In this document: positions 42,910 to 54,040 of the stretch, piece by piece
Layout: every line of letters begins with the position of its first letter
Numbering within the stretch: the stretch's first letter is position 1
NCBI GenBank assembly: GCA_977862235.1
Contig: OZ374563.1
Coordinates: 1,736,001 to 1,800,000, forward strand
Reading direction: 5' to 3'
Length of the DNA stretch: 64,000 nt
From: Dudresnaya verticillata
Lineage: Eukaryota
Position numbers and translations under genes: made by a program
Notes under the pieces: model-generated
What the model was told of the DNA's origin: nothing
The model's input: only the letters and a program-made list of their open reading frames with translations
The model's database searches: none

Positions 42910-44413
42910 GTGCGCGTGGAGCTTTCCGGGCTTCACTGTATCAACTGAACGAAAAGCAGCGTTATGGGGCTGCCGCCTGTTGTTGATATTCAAACCGAAG
43001 CGGGGACAGATGGGCAGAGGATGTTCACCTTCGTAGACACCGGCACTACGAGCTGAGGGAAGGCCTAGAACTGGCGCTGCGTGCTTTTAAACCCGAGATT
43101 CCCTCTTGACTCTCGACCATTGTGCCGTACATTTGTAGCTTTTTGCAGACATTTCATGAGGCGGCGTTTCGAAAGCGTGTGTGGCGCAGCAAAAAAAATC
43201 TGGCAATGCCACATGCAAGTGTGGCGCGACACGCGTCCAAAACGCTCCCCTTCAACCTCTCAACCGACGCGCCCAAGTAATGTGGAATTGTGGCGCTGGG
43301 ATGCTAGAGCATGACCTTGGAACTAAGCTTCTCCGCGTCGGGAACACCACCGCGATGGCATGGGAACTTTTCCACGAAGGATTAGGCGGGATTCCGCTGT
43401 TTGTCGAACGCTGTACTTTGACATACTGCCCGCCCAGAGAGACGTAGGCAATGTTTCACAAAAATTCTATAACCAGAAAAGTAGGACACACCCTTATTGC
43501 ACAAGGAAGGTCTCGTGTCAACTTGAAAGCGTGTTCTAGGGAGATGCAACAGGTACTCTCTCTGTCCATGGGAGGGAGACTTCTTCCGCTGGGGAGGGCT
43601 GTTTGGGAAACCTGGACAAAGGAAAGTACAAACGAAAAATGAACAAGTATCATCACCATTGATATGAATCTCCCGTTTGGTTCGTTGAGAAATGGTTGTT
43701 ACAATAATCGTTGCGCTTATATATCTTCCCGGAAACGAAGGATAATGCTGTGGACGCAATGTATGTTTTCGCTTTTATTGGTTTCCACAAGTGTGCAACA
43801 TTTATCTGCGGTCCCTACCCTATAAGCATGAAATCGGTACAACGTGCAAGGCGATACATAGGTGTTAAATGAAGAAATCGGGGGCTCCACGGGGTTGCTA
43901 CGTAGATACAAAGCCAGCAGCAACAAGAATTGTTGAGGAATGACGTCGAACGGCATTGCGAGTTGTTTCTATGCTATGGTAGCGTATCAGGGCTTTGAAA
44001 GTTGTGATGAGGTCCCAGTGAGCAGTCCCGTTTGGAGAGCACAATTACAATTGTGCGGATAACAATGCAATTGAACGAATCACAAGTAGTTGCAATAACA
44101 AGATCCGGATGCCGAATAAATCTGCATGAATAATGGGAAGATATGTTTCTGTGTCAGCTCTGCAATACACTGAATTTCCTTAATTTTCAGAGCGGCCTGA
44201 ACACATTCGCTCACAACAGCATTTCGGACGTCCATGTCACCACGTCGCTGAACAACACTGCCGCGCCCTCAACCCCGCGCCCTTTTCAAAACATCCCGTT
44301 CACGGCATCATTTCTCCCCCCTTCCATCACTCTCCTACACAACCACCCCCTCCCCCCATCCGCTCTCCGAACCGCGTTGCGCCGCATCCCACAAGCCCGC
44401 CCCACCCTTAACC

Positions 44414-46756
44414 ATGCCATCGGCAACCAGGGCGGAGTCGCTGGTCGGCATCCAGGAGGTTGTGGACGGCACGCACGCCATCGATGCCTCCGAAACCCCG
44501 ATGTCAGCCTCGGGCTTCGCCATCAAGGCGCGCTCCGCCGCCCTCCCGTCCTTCCCGCCGCTCGGCCCACCCGACATGCTCTACGTCCGCAAGCGCTACA
44601 TCCCCGTCGTCGGCCCCGCAAAGCTCTACGGCTACTATCACTTTGTCCGCGGCGTCGACGTCTCGCAGGTCGCCGCCATCTCCGCCTACATTGTCGACGT
44701 CGTCCGCAACAAGGGCCTCGATCCTCAGTCCTGGGTCAGCACCGGTGGCTGGGAGGTCGCTTCGGCCACCTTCCGATCTTATAACTTCATCGCGCGAGCA
44801 GACGTCGCGGTTCACGTCGACTTCCCTGGCAGTACCACCGCTGTTGCTGTCGACCACGAGGGAAAAGAACTCACTCTGACCGAGTCGTTTTGGGCAGAGC
44901 TTCTAGTCAGTTCATTTGTGCGCGACGTAGTTGGTGCGGGCGAGCAACCGCTCTACCCATGCCTGCGTGTCATTTCCCCGTTCACGGCCTCCCGCGTTGA
45001 ACCGCTTTTCCTGGATGCTGCGGCGGACTGCGCACATCGCTGGCACCTCTCTGGCGTGGATACGATCGAGGCTACCACAGACTTTCCTGCCCGGTCGCGA
45101 GTCGCAACAGCTATCAAACACCATTTTGTCTCCAATGCGCGCTATGACGCTGCTATCGAGTTTTTCATGAGGGACAAGGTGCGGCATGCGGACCCGGATT
45201 GTGTTGTTCACGCCGCCGCTGCAGCTTGTGAGAAGGGCGATTTTCAGCGCGCTGCGAGCATTGTTGATCAACTTATTGACGCCCGTCCTGAATCAGAGCT
45301 GGCCTGGCTCGAGCGAGCGCGTATACTTCAAGCATCAGGAGAGTTGGAGAAGGCCCTGGAGGCGGCCAGGACAGCATCGGTGTATGCAGAAGACAGTATT
45401 GATGCCTGGCTGGTGTTGGCGGACTTGTGTGTTGATCTCAAGCAGTATTCCAAGGCCTTTGAAGCCCTAAACTCTTCAGACATGCCCCCGCCATCGCTCG
45501 ATCCATTTTTGCGAGAGCTGGTGCCAAATCGGAAAAATACCACGTCTCCTGTTGAGGGCGCATCGCAAGGGGCAGACGCAGTTCGAGTGTTGGCAAGTCG
45601 CTTAAGAGAGGAGAAGAATGCGTCAAGCGAGAAGACAGATGACACCCTTTCAGAGTTGCCCGGGAAGCTAATGACAGAGCCTGAGCGGAAGTGTTATTCC
45701 GTGCTCGTCAAGATCCTAAACGATCTCTCGTGGGACGAAATGCTTTCTGTTCGAGGAGAATGTTTTGTTATGGAAACTGATGTCAAGGATGGTGAGCTCC
45801 CTGACGACGATAGCAGCGATGAAGACGGTAACGCGAATGACGCTGGTGATGGGGACGTGACGGACGATCGTCAGGAGGAGGACCATCCGCATCCAAACGG
45901 CCACCGCAATACTCCGACTTTGGCTGGGGATGGTGAGGTGGATGAAGTAGCAAATGGGCTGACAGAAGTATCAATTGATGATGACCAGAACGAGGAATCA
46001 GGTGCCAATGGGGGTGATGAGAATGGAGAAAGAGGTGCAGACGTGTCTGAGATGCGGTTGCGTTCGTTCGAGAGGATAGGGAAGAAGGTCTGCAAGCCGT
46101 GGTTGGATTATTTAGTAACCAACATGTACCAAGATCTGCGAGCAATGGCTGTGTGGAATGCTGAAGAGCAACAGCATTCTGCTGCCGCAGCGCTGTATGC
46201 TGCTGCAATGGCTCGCAAGTCGCAAAGCGAAAGCGCAGATGGTGAGGCAAGCTCCGCTTCAGTTCGTGACGATCCTGAAAGCCAGGAGTTGGGGAACGAC
46301 TACAGGCGGACAGCAGATGAGGTTGCAGGTACTTCGAAGCGACCTTCGGCAGATTGGCTGCGCAGAGGTGAGCTGGCAATGCGACTAGGTAAGCTTGAAG
46401 AGGGAAAAACAGCCTATTGGACTTCGGTGAAGCTGGCAGCAAAGGAGAAGGCAGCCGCGATCACAGCCCTGTGCCGAATTGCAGACATTGCATCAAGGGA
46501 TGGCGATACCAAGACAGCCGCAAGATGTGCGGATTCCGTGTGGAACTACGTTGACGCGAATTCAGATCGCAAACAATCTTCAGAACCAACAAGTCCGGTC
46601 GCAGGTGTCCGAGCAGCAATCTTCCGTTTGATTTCGAAAAAAGGTTTGAGAGCTGTTCGTGATGTTGTCACATCGAAGGTCGATGTAGATAGAAAAAGGA
46701 TGGAGCGCCTGCTTCTCGACTCCGTAGCCTTCCAAGTGGATGGTTTCGCTCGCTAA
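44414..46756 (+). CDS. ChAPs family (Bch1/Bud7/Chs6-like) exomer cargo adaptor, TPR-containing
   Basis: LGPPDML, YHFVRGVDVS, FWAELLVSSFVR, TPR-like helices, WDEMLSVRGECFVMETD, KKVCKPWLDYLVTNMYQDLR (compare the fungal KRLCERWLDNLF…YEDLR block). Confidence 0.85.
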   Translation: MPSATRAESLVGIQEVVDGTHAIDASETPMSASGFAIKARSAALPSFPPLGPPDMLYVRKRYIPVVGPAKLYGYYHFVRGVDVSQVAAISAYIVDVVRNKGLDPQSWVSTGGWEVASATFRSYNFIARADVAVHVDFPGSTTAVAVDHEGKELTLTESFWAELLVSSFVRDVVGAGEQPLYPCLRVISPFTASRVEPLFLDAAADCAHRWHLSGVDTIEATTDFPARSRVATAIKHHFVSNARYDAAIEFFMRDKVRHADPDCVVHAAAAACEKGDFQRAASIVDQLIDARPESELAWLERARILQASGELEKALEAARTASVYAEDSIDAWLVLADLCVDLKQYSKAFEALNSSDMPPPSLDPFLRELVPNRKNTTSPVEGASQGADAVRVLASRLREEKNASSEKTDDTLSELPGKLMTEPERKCYSVLVKILNDLSWDEMLSVRGECFVMETDVKDGELPDDDSSDEDGNANDAGDGDVTDDRQEEDHPHPNGHRNTPTLAGDGEVDEVANGLTEVSIDDDQNEESGANGGDENGERGADVSEMRLRSFERIGKKVCKPWLDYLVTNMYQDLRAMAVWNAEEQQHSAAAALYAAAMARKSQSESADGEASSASVRDDPESQELGNDYRRTADEVAGTSKRPSADWLRRGELAMRLGKLEEGKTAYWTSVKLAAKEKAAAITALCRIADIASRDGDTKTAARCADSVWNYVDANSDRKQSSEPTSPVAGVRAAIFRLISKKGLRAVRDVVTSKVDVDRKRMERLLLDSVAFQVDGFAR

Positions 46757-46839
46757 CTGTATTTTTTTAAACCCATGCGCTGCCCTATGAAGACCTGTAG
46801 CACCTGGTCGTACTAACTTTCGCTTGCTTGTCGATAGAG

Positions 46840-49800
46840 CTAGACTCTACGTCTTTTGCTCAACCGCCAGTCATTCGGATTCTGAGCGTACTTATCGAAT
46901 AGAGGCTCGATCTTCTCACGCCTCTTTCGCCTAGAGATCTTGTTTGGATCACCCGTTCGGAAAAATCTGGGAGCTAGCTCGACCAGCCATTTCGATTCGA
47001 TGGCCATTACTTCCCTCATGTACTCCTTCGTCGTAAGGACAACTTCATGGTAAATGACCCATTCCGGTTGGGAATGGAACAGAGAAGAAGAGGGGTGAAT
47101 AAACACTTGCTGTCCGTCGACAAGAGTTCGATATCCTTCCTGCGGATCTTTCTTCGCTGCGTGAACAAAGAATCCTGACACGATAGCTTTCCTTATCTTC
47201 ACATAGTTCCGACCCGCACTGACAACATCAAGCTTAAATCTGTCCATAATGGTTACGAGCTGCTTTCGAACATCCTGAGCTCGTTTGAGGGATCGGGCCT
47301 GAACGAAGTTCTCGTAGCACCAGGGGCTTGAAAACCTGTTGTTCTTCCACTGATTGTACACTGTTAGAAGGGTCAAGTGATCTCCTTCAGGTTGATGAAA
47401 CTTCGCCTTCTTCTGGTCAGCCTGCCCCTGTTTCTCCTTCGGCCGATAAAAGACACTCTGAACACCAAGCATTGCTACAATGGTTAGAATTTCTTCGCTG
47501 CATCCCAGATCTACACTGGCTAGCAGCATTTTGCTCAGCATCGGGTCGAGCGGAAACTGAGACATCGTTCGCCCCAGCTTCGTCAGTAGTCCTTCTTCGT
47601 CCAAGGCCCCTAGCGAGTACAATCCTTCTAGTGCAGTTATTACGAATGGAGCTGGTGGGGGATCCATGAAGTCAAAGTTGATTATATCATTGATGCCCAT
47701 TGCTTTCAAAGTCAGCGCAGTATGGGCAAGATTGCTTCGCTGCAGTTCTGGAACTGTTGTTGGAAGCATCTCATTCATGTATGCATTTTCCGTATACAAA
47801 CAGAAGCACTTTCCTGGTCCAGTCCGCCCCGCTCTTCCCTTTCTTTGACGTGAGGATGCCTGCGAGATCGGAGCAACAACAAGCGAATCCATACCAAGCT
47901 TGGGATTATAGACCTTCTGCTTCGCAAACCCTGGGTCTACAACGTAGAAAATACCGTCAATGGTGAGACTCGCCTCGGCGATGTTAGTCGCAATAACTAC
48001 CTTGCGAGACCCAGGCGGAGCAGGGTCGAATATTCTAGTCTGCATTTCGCTGGGCAGCGCAGAATACACAGGCAAAATGATCAACTCCGGCACATTTCGA
48101 CCAAGGCTCTTCATTCGCTCGAAGAGAATCTCAGCAGCGGTGTCAATTTCTTCTTGACCGGTTAGGAAGAGCAAAATATCACCTGCTGGTTCAGTGAGAT
48201 GAATGCGCATCACAGTAAGCAAGGACTCTTCAAGATAATCACTAACTGGATCCTTTGCAAAGAGCACTTCGACGGGGTAGAGACGACCGGGGATTGTAAA
48301 GATTGGACAGTTAAAGAAGTAGGATGAAAACTTTTCAGCATCAAGCGTTGCAGAAGTAACGATTACTTTGAGATCGCCCCTTCGCTTCACGCAGTCTTTC
48401 AATAGTCCAAAAAGCACGTCGGTTGCAATTGTTCTCTCGTGGGCTTCGTCCAACATGATGACTGTGTACTGAGTTAGATCCGAATCAGTCAGGACTTCCC
48501 TTAGAAGCATCCCGTCAGTCATATACTTAACTTCGGTCTCCTGTGAAGTACAATCTTCAAAACGAATAGAATATCCAACCTCTTCACCGAGACGACATCC
48601 TCTCTCCTCGGCAACTCTCTTTGCAACGGACATGGCGGCAACTCGCCGAGGCTGCGTACATGCAATGCGTTTTCGGTTTTTCGTGTATCCTGCATCGGCC
48701 AGATACTGCGTCATTTGAGTAGATTTACCAGAGCCAGTCTCTCCTACGACAACAAGAACTTGATTCTCATTGACAGCGGACAGTAATTCATTCTTAAGCT
48801 TTGCAATAGGAAGAGAAGCCCGTTGTTCGGCCATGGTTTTGTCGGCAGGCTTTGCATACCCGAAACTGGGTGCCGCACCCATTGCTTTACGTTTCCACTC
48901 TGGAATCTCTGACGGACCTGCTGCAGTACCGCGCAACTCTGCAGCAACATGTCTTTCCCGAGAAACCGGGTCCTGCCATGCGAGGTTTAGGTCACTTGGC
49001 ATCTCATTTTCTAGCACTTGTCTCTGCTGGTCCCGGAGCTCCCTCCTTTCTTTCGCAAGTGCTGATTGCGTCATGGCAGCACGCTGCATAGAACCGTCTG
49101 GATTTTTCACTATTCGAACTGGAGACAACGGCTGGGTCCGTGAGGCAAGGTGGCCGGCTTCAGAGTCCTGCAAAAATTCCGGGTCATCTTCGTTCAGTTC
49201 AATCTCAGCCTCTTCGTCGGGCTGCTCCTCATCACCCATCATCACCACCATATCGTTTCCCGTACCATCATCCTCTTGATCACCCTGTCCGTTCATTGAT
49301 GAGAGGCCTCCAACGTGCTTGCGTAGTTCCTTCTGCGGCAAAATTTTTGCTAGTTGCGTCAGCTCCCATTGCTCAGTTTCTGGTAAACGTCTCCGCATCC
49401 TCCCGCTCTTTCCTCGCACGCCGTTCTGGTGGTCTTCCACAAAGGACCTTGGTATGCCACTCACAGAATCTGCGCCAAGATCTCGTCTCCGCGATTGCAT
49501 TCGCGACGCACGGTAACTTTCTGCCTCTCGGTCATAAGACGACACCCGTGCTGTCGAGTTTCCGCCTCCTGAAGAACCATGACCAGCGGCCTCATCGTGG
49601 CCATTACGCTGGTCAACCCCGCGCATAGAGAGCGAGATACGTCCGGGTGCGATCGATAGCACCTTTACCCAGACGGTTTGATCGCGACGGAGCACATCGG
49701 ACGGGTGCGATACGCGGCTTCCATCGCTCTTCAGCTGTGAGATGTGGACAAGGCCCTGAGTGACGCTCCTGTCTGACGAGAGGGATACGAACACGCCAAA

Positions 49801-50385
49801 GTCCCGTATGTTCGAAACACGTCCCTGAACGATGGCGCCTGGACGGATTTCCTCTCGGCGCGCGTCAGTCACCGGTGTGACGCCCCGCATGGGGCCGCTT
49901 GAGGACGGGTAAGTTGCTGAATCACCCGGCCCAGAGCGCATGGAAGGTTGTCGCTGGTTGGCATGAAGCTTGGCGCGCAGTGCGTCATTCTCAGCATCAG
50001 AGGCTTTCAGAACACCCTCGCGATCAATTCCAGAGCCCAAGAAACCACCAGCGTCGTTCGAGACGGCAGCGGCGCTGTTTGGGACGGGTTGTGTTACAGT
50101 AGTTGCATGGCTGCGATCTGGGGCCCGCGGGCGCTTTGCATTTGCGGTCGCGGGCTTCTTGGGCGGGATGAAACGGAAGATGGAAGCAGTGAGGGCGTCC
50201 GGGAGCGGCTCGCCGCCGCAGAGCTCGGTGACTGCAACACGGAAGGAAGACAGGTCTTGATTCTTGCGGACCAGGTCAATTAGAAATTCTGCCAGGTCTT
50301 TGTCGTTAATGCCGAGATGGTTTTCAACCTCAACACATACCTTGGACACCAGCGAGAGGTGGCGTAGCTTATCGAGCTCGTCCAT
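46840..50385 (-). CDS. DHX8: Pre-mRNA splicing DEAH helicase Prp22/DHX8 with S1 domain
   Basis: LSLVSKVC-x-E-x-ENHLGINDKDLAEF N-terminus, S1 domain, GETGSGKST, DEAH, SAT, QR-x-GRAGR, WRLS C-terminus; start at ATG 50385. Confidence 0.97.
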   Translation of the reverse strand: MDELDKLRHLSLVSKVCVEVENHLGINDKDLAEFLIDLVRKNQDLSSFRVAVTELCGGEPLPDALTASIFRFIPPKKPATANAKRPRAPDRSHATTVTQPVPNSAAAVSNDAGGFLGSGIDREGVLKASDAENDALRAKLHANQRQPSMRSGPGDSATYPSSSGPMRGVTPVTDARREEIRPGAIVQGRVSNIRDFGVFVSLSSDRSVTQGLVHISQLKSDGSRVSHPSDVLRRDQTVWVKVLSIAPGRISLSMRGVDQRNGHDEAAGHGSSGGGNSTARVSSYDREAESYRASRMQSRRRDLGADSVSGIPRSFVEDHQNGVRGKSGRMRRRLPETEQWELTQLAKILPQKELRKHVGGLSSMNGQGDQEDDGTGNDMVVMMGDEEQPDEEAEIELNEDDPEFLQDSEAGHLASRTQPLSPVRIVKNPDGSMQRAAMTQSALAKERRELRDQQRQVLENEMPSDLNLAWQDPVSRERHVAAELRGTAAGPSEIPEWKRKAMGAAPSFGYAKPADKTMAEQRASLPIAKLKNELLSAVNENQVLVVVGETGSGKSTQMTQYLADAGYTKNRKRIACTQPRRVAAMSVAKRVAEERGCRLGEEVGYSIRFEDCTSQETEVKYMTDGMLLREVLTDSDLTQYTVIMLDEAHERTIATDVLFGLLKDCVKRRGDLKVIVTSATLDAEKFSSYFFNCPIFTIPGRLYPVEVLFAKDPVSDYLEESLLTVMRIHLTEPAGDILLFLTGQEEIDTAAEILFERMKSLGRNVPELIILPVYSALPSEMQTRIFDPAPPGSRKVVIATNIAEASLTIDGIFYVVDPGFAKQKVYNPKLGMDSLVVAPISQASSRQRKGRAGRTGPGKCFCLYTENAYMNEMLPTTVPELQRSNLAHTALTLKAMGINDIINFDFMDPPPAPFVITALEGLYSLGALDEEGLLTKLGRTMSQFPLDPMLSKMLLASVDLGCSEEILTIVAMLGVQSVFYRPKEKQGQADQKKAKFHQPEGDHLTLLTVYNQWKNNRFSSPWCYENFVQARSLKRAQDVRKQLVTIMDRFKLDVVSAGRNYVKIRKAIVSGFFVHAAKKDPQEGYRTLVDGQQVFIHPSSSLFHSQPEWVIYHEVVLTTKEYMREVMAIESKWLVELAPRFFRTGDPNKISRRKRREKIEPLFDKYAQNPNDWRLSKRRRV

Positions 50386-50680
50386 CGCGTGGAGGGGACA
50401 GGTCGGCGAGGAATGGGGAGCGGGAGCAGCAGGCTGCTGGCGAGGCACGGATGGCGGGCGCAAGCGGCGGCAGCGCGGGCTTTGCTGCGAATAGCCGTGT
50501 GCAGTTTTGTCTCACGGTGCCGCGCGGTCGGTGAACGAAAAATTAAAATTTCGCGGCGCAGGGCACGCACGCGTTCCCTCGCAAAGCGCATCGAACGGTT
50601 GCCGCGCGGGAAGAGACGGAACCGCCGTCAACTCGACGCAAGCGCAGTCCGCGCTTCTGGCAACCCCGTTGACGAGAGCA

Positions 50681-53600
50681 ATGGGGCCTTTAGGAGCGTC
50701 TGTGCGCGCACTGCGTCCGCGTTGCGGCCATCCCGGTGTGGACTTTGTGGCAGAGGCCAAGCGCACTTCGCGCTACGCAGCAATCAGCAAAGCTCTGCTC
50801 GTATCCGGCGTGCCACCTGCGCGCTGCCGCGAGCAGCAGCTGTCGCAGCTCGTCTGTGACCTGCGATGGTTCATCGACCGACGCTTCGGGCGCTTCGCCG
50901 ACCCCGCCCGCCGAATGGCGCTCACCGTATTGCCCGCCGCAGTATTTCGTGACTTTTCGGAATTCGGCGCCCTGCACACCGCGCTTCGCGCCCTGTTTCG
51001 TTACGCCCAGCAGCACAACATCGAAGAGTTCGGCTTTGACGACCCAGAGCGCGAAGAGGAATGCGAGCGCGTAGTGCAGGAGGTTTACAACGCCCTCAAG
51101 CAAGAGCATCGCCTGCGCGCAAAGCGCGTATTCATCACTCCGCTGGTCGAGAAGGAGGAGGCTGACTCGTTGCGAGGTGTACTGCAGCGACATGGCGCTG
51201 CGATCGTCTCACTTTCGTCCGTCGCCACCCACATTATCTACCCCGACCCCAATGGCACTCGCGAGCATCAAACTGATGGTCAGGTTTTGGTCCGTGTTCT
51301 TGAGCGCGCGGAATTTGACGGCGAAGAATTGTGCTTCTTGCATTGGCATCATCACCCCGATTCGTATGATGACTGGGTTCCCGGTAAAGAAGTCTTGGGA
51401 CACGTTTTCAAACCGCGCACACGCAATGAACAAGATCCGTGGCACGTTCAGGCGCGCTGGGTGAGAGACTTGGAACTGCACAATGAGTTCATGAACGAGC
51501 TCGACTATGAAATGCCCCCCACCTTCAGCGATTTGTTACCGCGATCGCCAACGATCCCTGTATCTGAGGCGAATGACAAACCATTTTCCAACTTGCTCAG
51601 ACTGCGCCTAAGAATGCCGAAGCCGGAGGAGATTACCGAGCAAGCATCGAAGAAGCAGGATGGAGACAAGACCGGGTCCCAGTCTGGGGTAGATATGCAG
51701 ACGAAGACGAATGGAAAGGTGCATGATAGTGATGGTGATCTAGAAATGACCGAAGTTGACGGCATGTCGGGGGAGGAAGCGAACGGTACTCAAGACGAGG
51801 AAGGACAATCAGCACCAAAAGCTTCACCGGACGAACAAGACGAGCGGGACCAGGAGAAGGAGAAAGGGAAAATTGCTCTTGGGAACGGGGCCTTCTTGCC
51901 GAGTTTCACGAAGTGGTTCAAGCTTGACTCCGTGCATGACATCGAGAAACGTGCGCTCCTGGAGTTCTTCGACGGTAAGTTTCCAGCAAAGACTGAAGAT
52001 TCTTACGTGAAAATTCGAAACTATATGGTCGAAACATGGCGCAAGAGTCCAAACAAGTACCTTTCTGCGACGGTGGCACGGAAGAATCTCTCCGGGGACG
52101 CTTGCAGCATCCTTCGAGTACATGGCTTTCTTGAACACTGGGGCTTGATCAACTATGACAGTTCCATTCAAGGTGCGCCGTTCCCCTCGTTTGCCCCGCC
52201 CCCGCGACCACTTCCTCTACATGCAGGGATCGAGCGGGATGATGCCGTGCGAGCTAGCAAGCAACTGGTCCTTGACAGTGCGAATAAGGCACAGGTTAAG
52301 AGCGCTAGTGTTGTGAAATTTGGTCGCAATGGTGAAGTCCAAAGCAGCGGAAGAAGTGAAGCAGTTGTGATCCGCGATACGGATGTCTCCAAGAATGGAA
52401 GGTCTGCCTCTATCGCGGAAACTCCTGCGAGAGAGCCGATCGAGTACCATTGTGACTCATGTGGTACCGACTGCTCTCAGCTCCGGTTCCACTGTGCAAC
52501 TAAGGCAGATGTTGATCTCTGCGCAAAATGTTATCAGGACGCAAAATACTCGACGGATATGAAGCCGCGAGATTTTATCCAAATGAATTCTGCTGGCGTT
52601 CAAAGTAACAGTGATGACGAAGATGCCGACATGTGGACTGAAAGCGAAACATTGCTTCTTCTGGAAGCGTTGGAGATGTACGGGGCGAACTGGACACTGG
52701 TTTCAGAACATGTGGGGTCTAAAGGCAAGTCCCAATGTGTAATACAATTCCTGCGTCTTCCGATAGAAGATGCGTTTTTGACTACAACAGTGCAGAAGTG
52801 GTGGACGGTGCGGCCCAAGGGTGGGGTTGAGAATCTCTCGCCTCTTGAACTTCTGAGAAAAGCCGGTGCTAGAGAAACTGCACTGGCTGCTCTAACAGGA
52901 ATCTCATCAGGATCAAAGTCTTTTACTGGGCAACCGATTATTTATGGAGATCAGATCAGCACTATGGCCCCGTTTGCGGGAATGCTCTCCTCTCTTGCCC
53001 CGCTTGAGATTATGAATGAGGTCTCTTCTGTGATGGGTGTATCTTCCTCAAGGAAGCGCCGCAAGGACTCTTTTATGGCTTTGGCTGGTTTAGCAAACCC
53101 CAAAGGAAATCACCGCGAACCAAACGGGTTTCGACACAAAGCCCTTGATGAAGTCGCTGACGATGATTTGTTGACGAGCCGGGTGTATGATGATATTCGA
53201 CAACGAATACCTACACCCAGCATGATCCTAAAGACGGAGAAAGGAGATCAGATTGCTCGTGGTGCTCTGTCATTGATCAACCATGGAGCAATCCCTGTCC
53301 TAGAAATTCCAAAGATGCAGGTGTCAACATCAGTTCAAACGCTTCTGCAGTTAGCAGACGAATGTTTGGACAGAGAAAAGCTACCCAACGGGGTTACTAA
53401 GCACGCACCATCGGCACCTCCACCAGGGCTTGGGAAGATCACTGTGAATGGGAACGAAGTAGACTCCCCCTCGGCCAGCGCGGTAGCCGTGGCATGTCTA
53501 TCCACGGCTTGCATATCAGCGTCTTCGCGACAGCAACTAGAAGAGTCTGAAATCGACCGATTACATTCCTTGGCGTGCGAAGCTCGTTTAGCACGGATCC

Positions 53601-54040
53601 GACGAAAAATGCAGGTACTAGAAGGAATGGTGGAGCACGAACGGTTCGCATCGTCCTACAAGAAGAGGCGAAGAAGCCATGAGATTGTTGACATGGTGAA
53701 GCGGGCAACCGGGATGATACACGGGGGTATGGAGGAGGTGCTACAGGAGGGAGGACCTGCTTGGGTCTGGGGTTCTCCCAATGACAGCGTGCCAGTATGC
53801 AGGCCGGGCATTGACGGCCTGGTGGACGGGACAGCCGTAATGACAGCGTCCAATGGCCTTGAAGGGCATAACAGTGAGTCTGCACGTCAGCCTTTGCCAG
53901 ATTTCTCGAAGGAGCTTGTGCTGCAGCGCATCAAGGGCGTGCGGGTAGACGGAGAGGTCATCGAGGAGGACGAGGAGGTTGTCGATGGAGGACCTCCGCC
54001 CCCCAGCCAGGAGGAACCAGATGCCGTAATGACCGGATAA
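50681..54040 (+). CDS. SWI3: SWI/SNF subunit SWI3/SMARCC-like (BRCT/chromo-like, SWIRM, ZZ, SANT)
   Basis: HPDSYDDW and WV-x-D-x3-HNEFMNELDYE, SWIRM (RVHGFLEHWGLINY), ZZ (CDSCG…DLCAKCY), SANT (WTESETLLLLEALE…FLRLPIED); start at ATG 50681 assumed. Confidence 0.93.
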   Translation: MGPLGASVRALRPRCGHPGVDFVAEAKRTSRYAAISKALLVSGVPPARCREQQLSQLVCDLRWFIDRRFGRFADPARRMALTVLPAAVFRDFSEFGALHTALRALFRYAQQHNIEEFGFDDPEREEECERVVQEVYNALKQEHRLRAKRVFITPLVEKEEADSLRGVLQRHGAAIVSLSSVATHIIYPDPNGTREHQTDGQVLVRVLERAEFDGEELCFLHWHHHPDSYDDWVPGKEVLGHVFKPRTRNEQDPWHVQARWVRDLELHNEFMNELDYEMPPTFSDLLPRSPTIPVSEANDKPFSNLLRLRLRMPKPEEITEQASKKQDGDKTGSQSGVDMQTKTNGKVHDSDGDLEMTEVDGMSGEEANGTQDEEGQSAPKASPDEQDERDQEKEKGKIALGNGAFLPSFTKWFKLDSVHDIEKRALLEFFDGKFPAKTEDSYVKIRNYMVETWRKSPNKYLSATVARKNLSGDACSILRVHGFLEHWGLINYDSSIQGAPFPSFAPPPRPLPLHAGIERDDAVRASKQLVLDSANKAQVKSASVVKFGRNGEVQSSGRSEAVVIRDTDVSKNGRSASIAETPAREPIEYHCDSCGTDCSQLRFHCATKADVDLCAKCYQDAKYSTDMKPRDFIQMNSAGVQSNSDDEDADMWTESETLLLLEALEMYGANWTLVSEHVGSKGKSQCVIQFLRLPIEDAFLTTTVQKWWTVRPKGGVENLSPLELLRKAGARETALAALTGISSGSKSFTGQPIIYGDQISTMAPFAGMLSSLAPLEIMNEVSSVMGVSSSRKRRKDSFMALAGLANPKGNHREPNGFRHKALDEVADDDLLTSRVYDDIRQRIPTPSMILKTEKGDQIARGALSLINHGAIPVLEIPKMQVSTSVQTLLQLADECLDREKLPNGVTKHAPSAPPPGLGKITVNGNEVDSPSASAVAVACLSTACISASSRQQLEESEIDRLHSLACEARLARIRRKMQVLEGMVEHERFASSYKKRRRSHEIVDMVKRATGMIHGGMEEVLQEGGPAWVWGSPNDSVPVCRPGIDGLVDGTAVMTASNGLEGHNSESARQPLPDFSKELVLQRIKGVRVDGEVIEEDEEVVDGGPPPPSQEEPDAVMTG

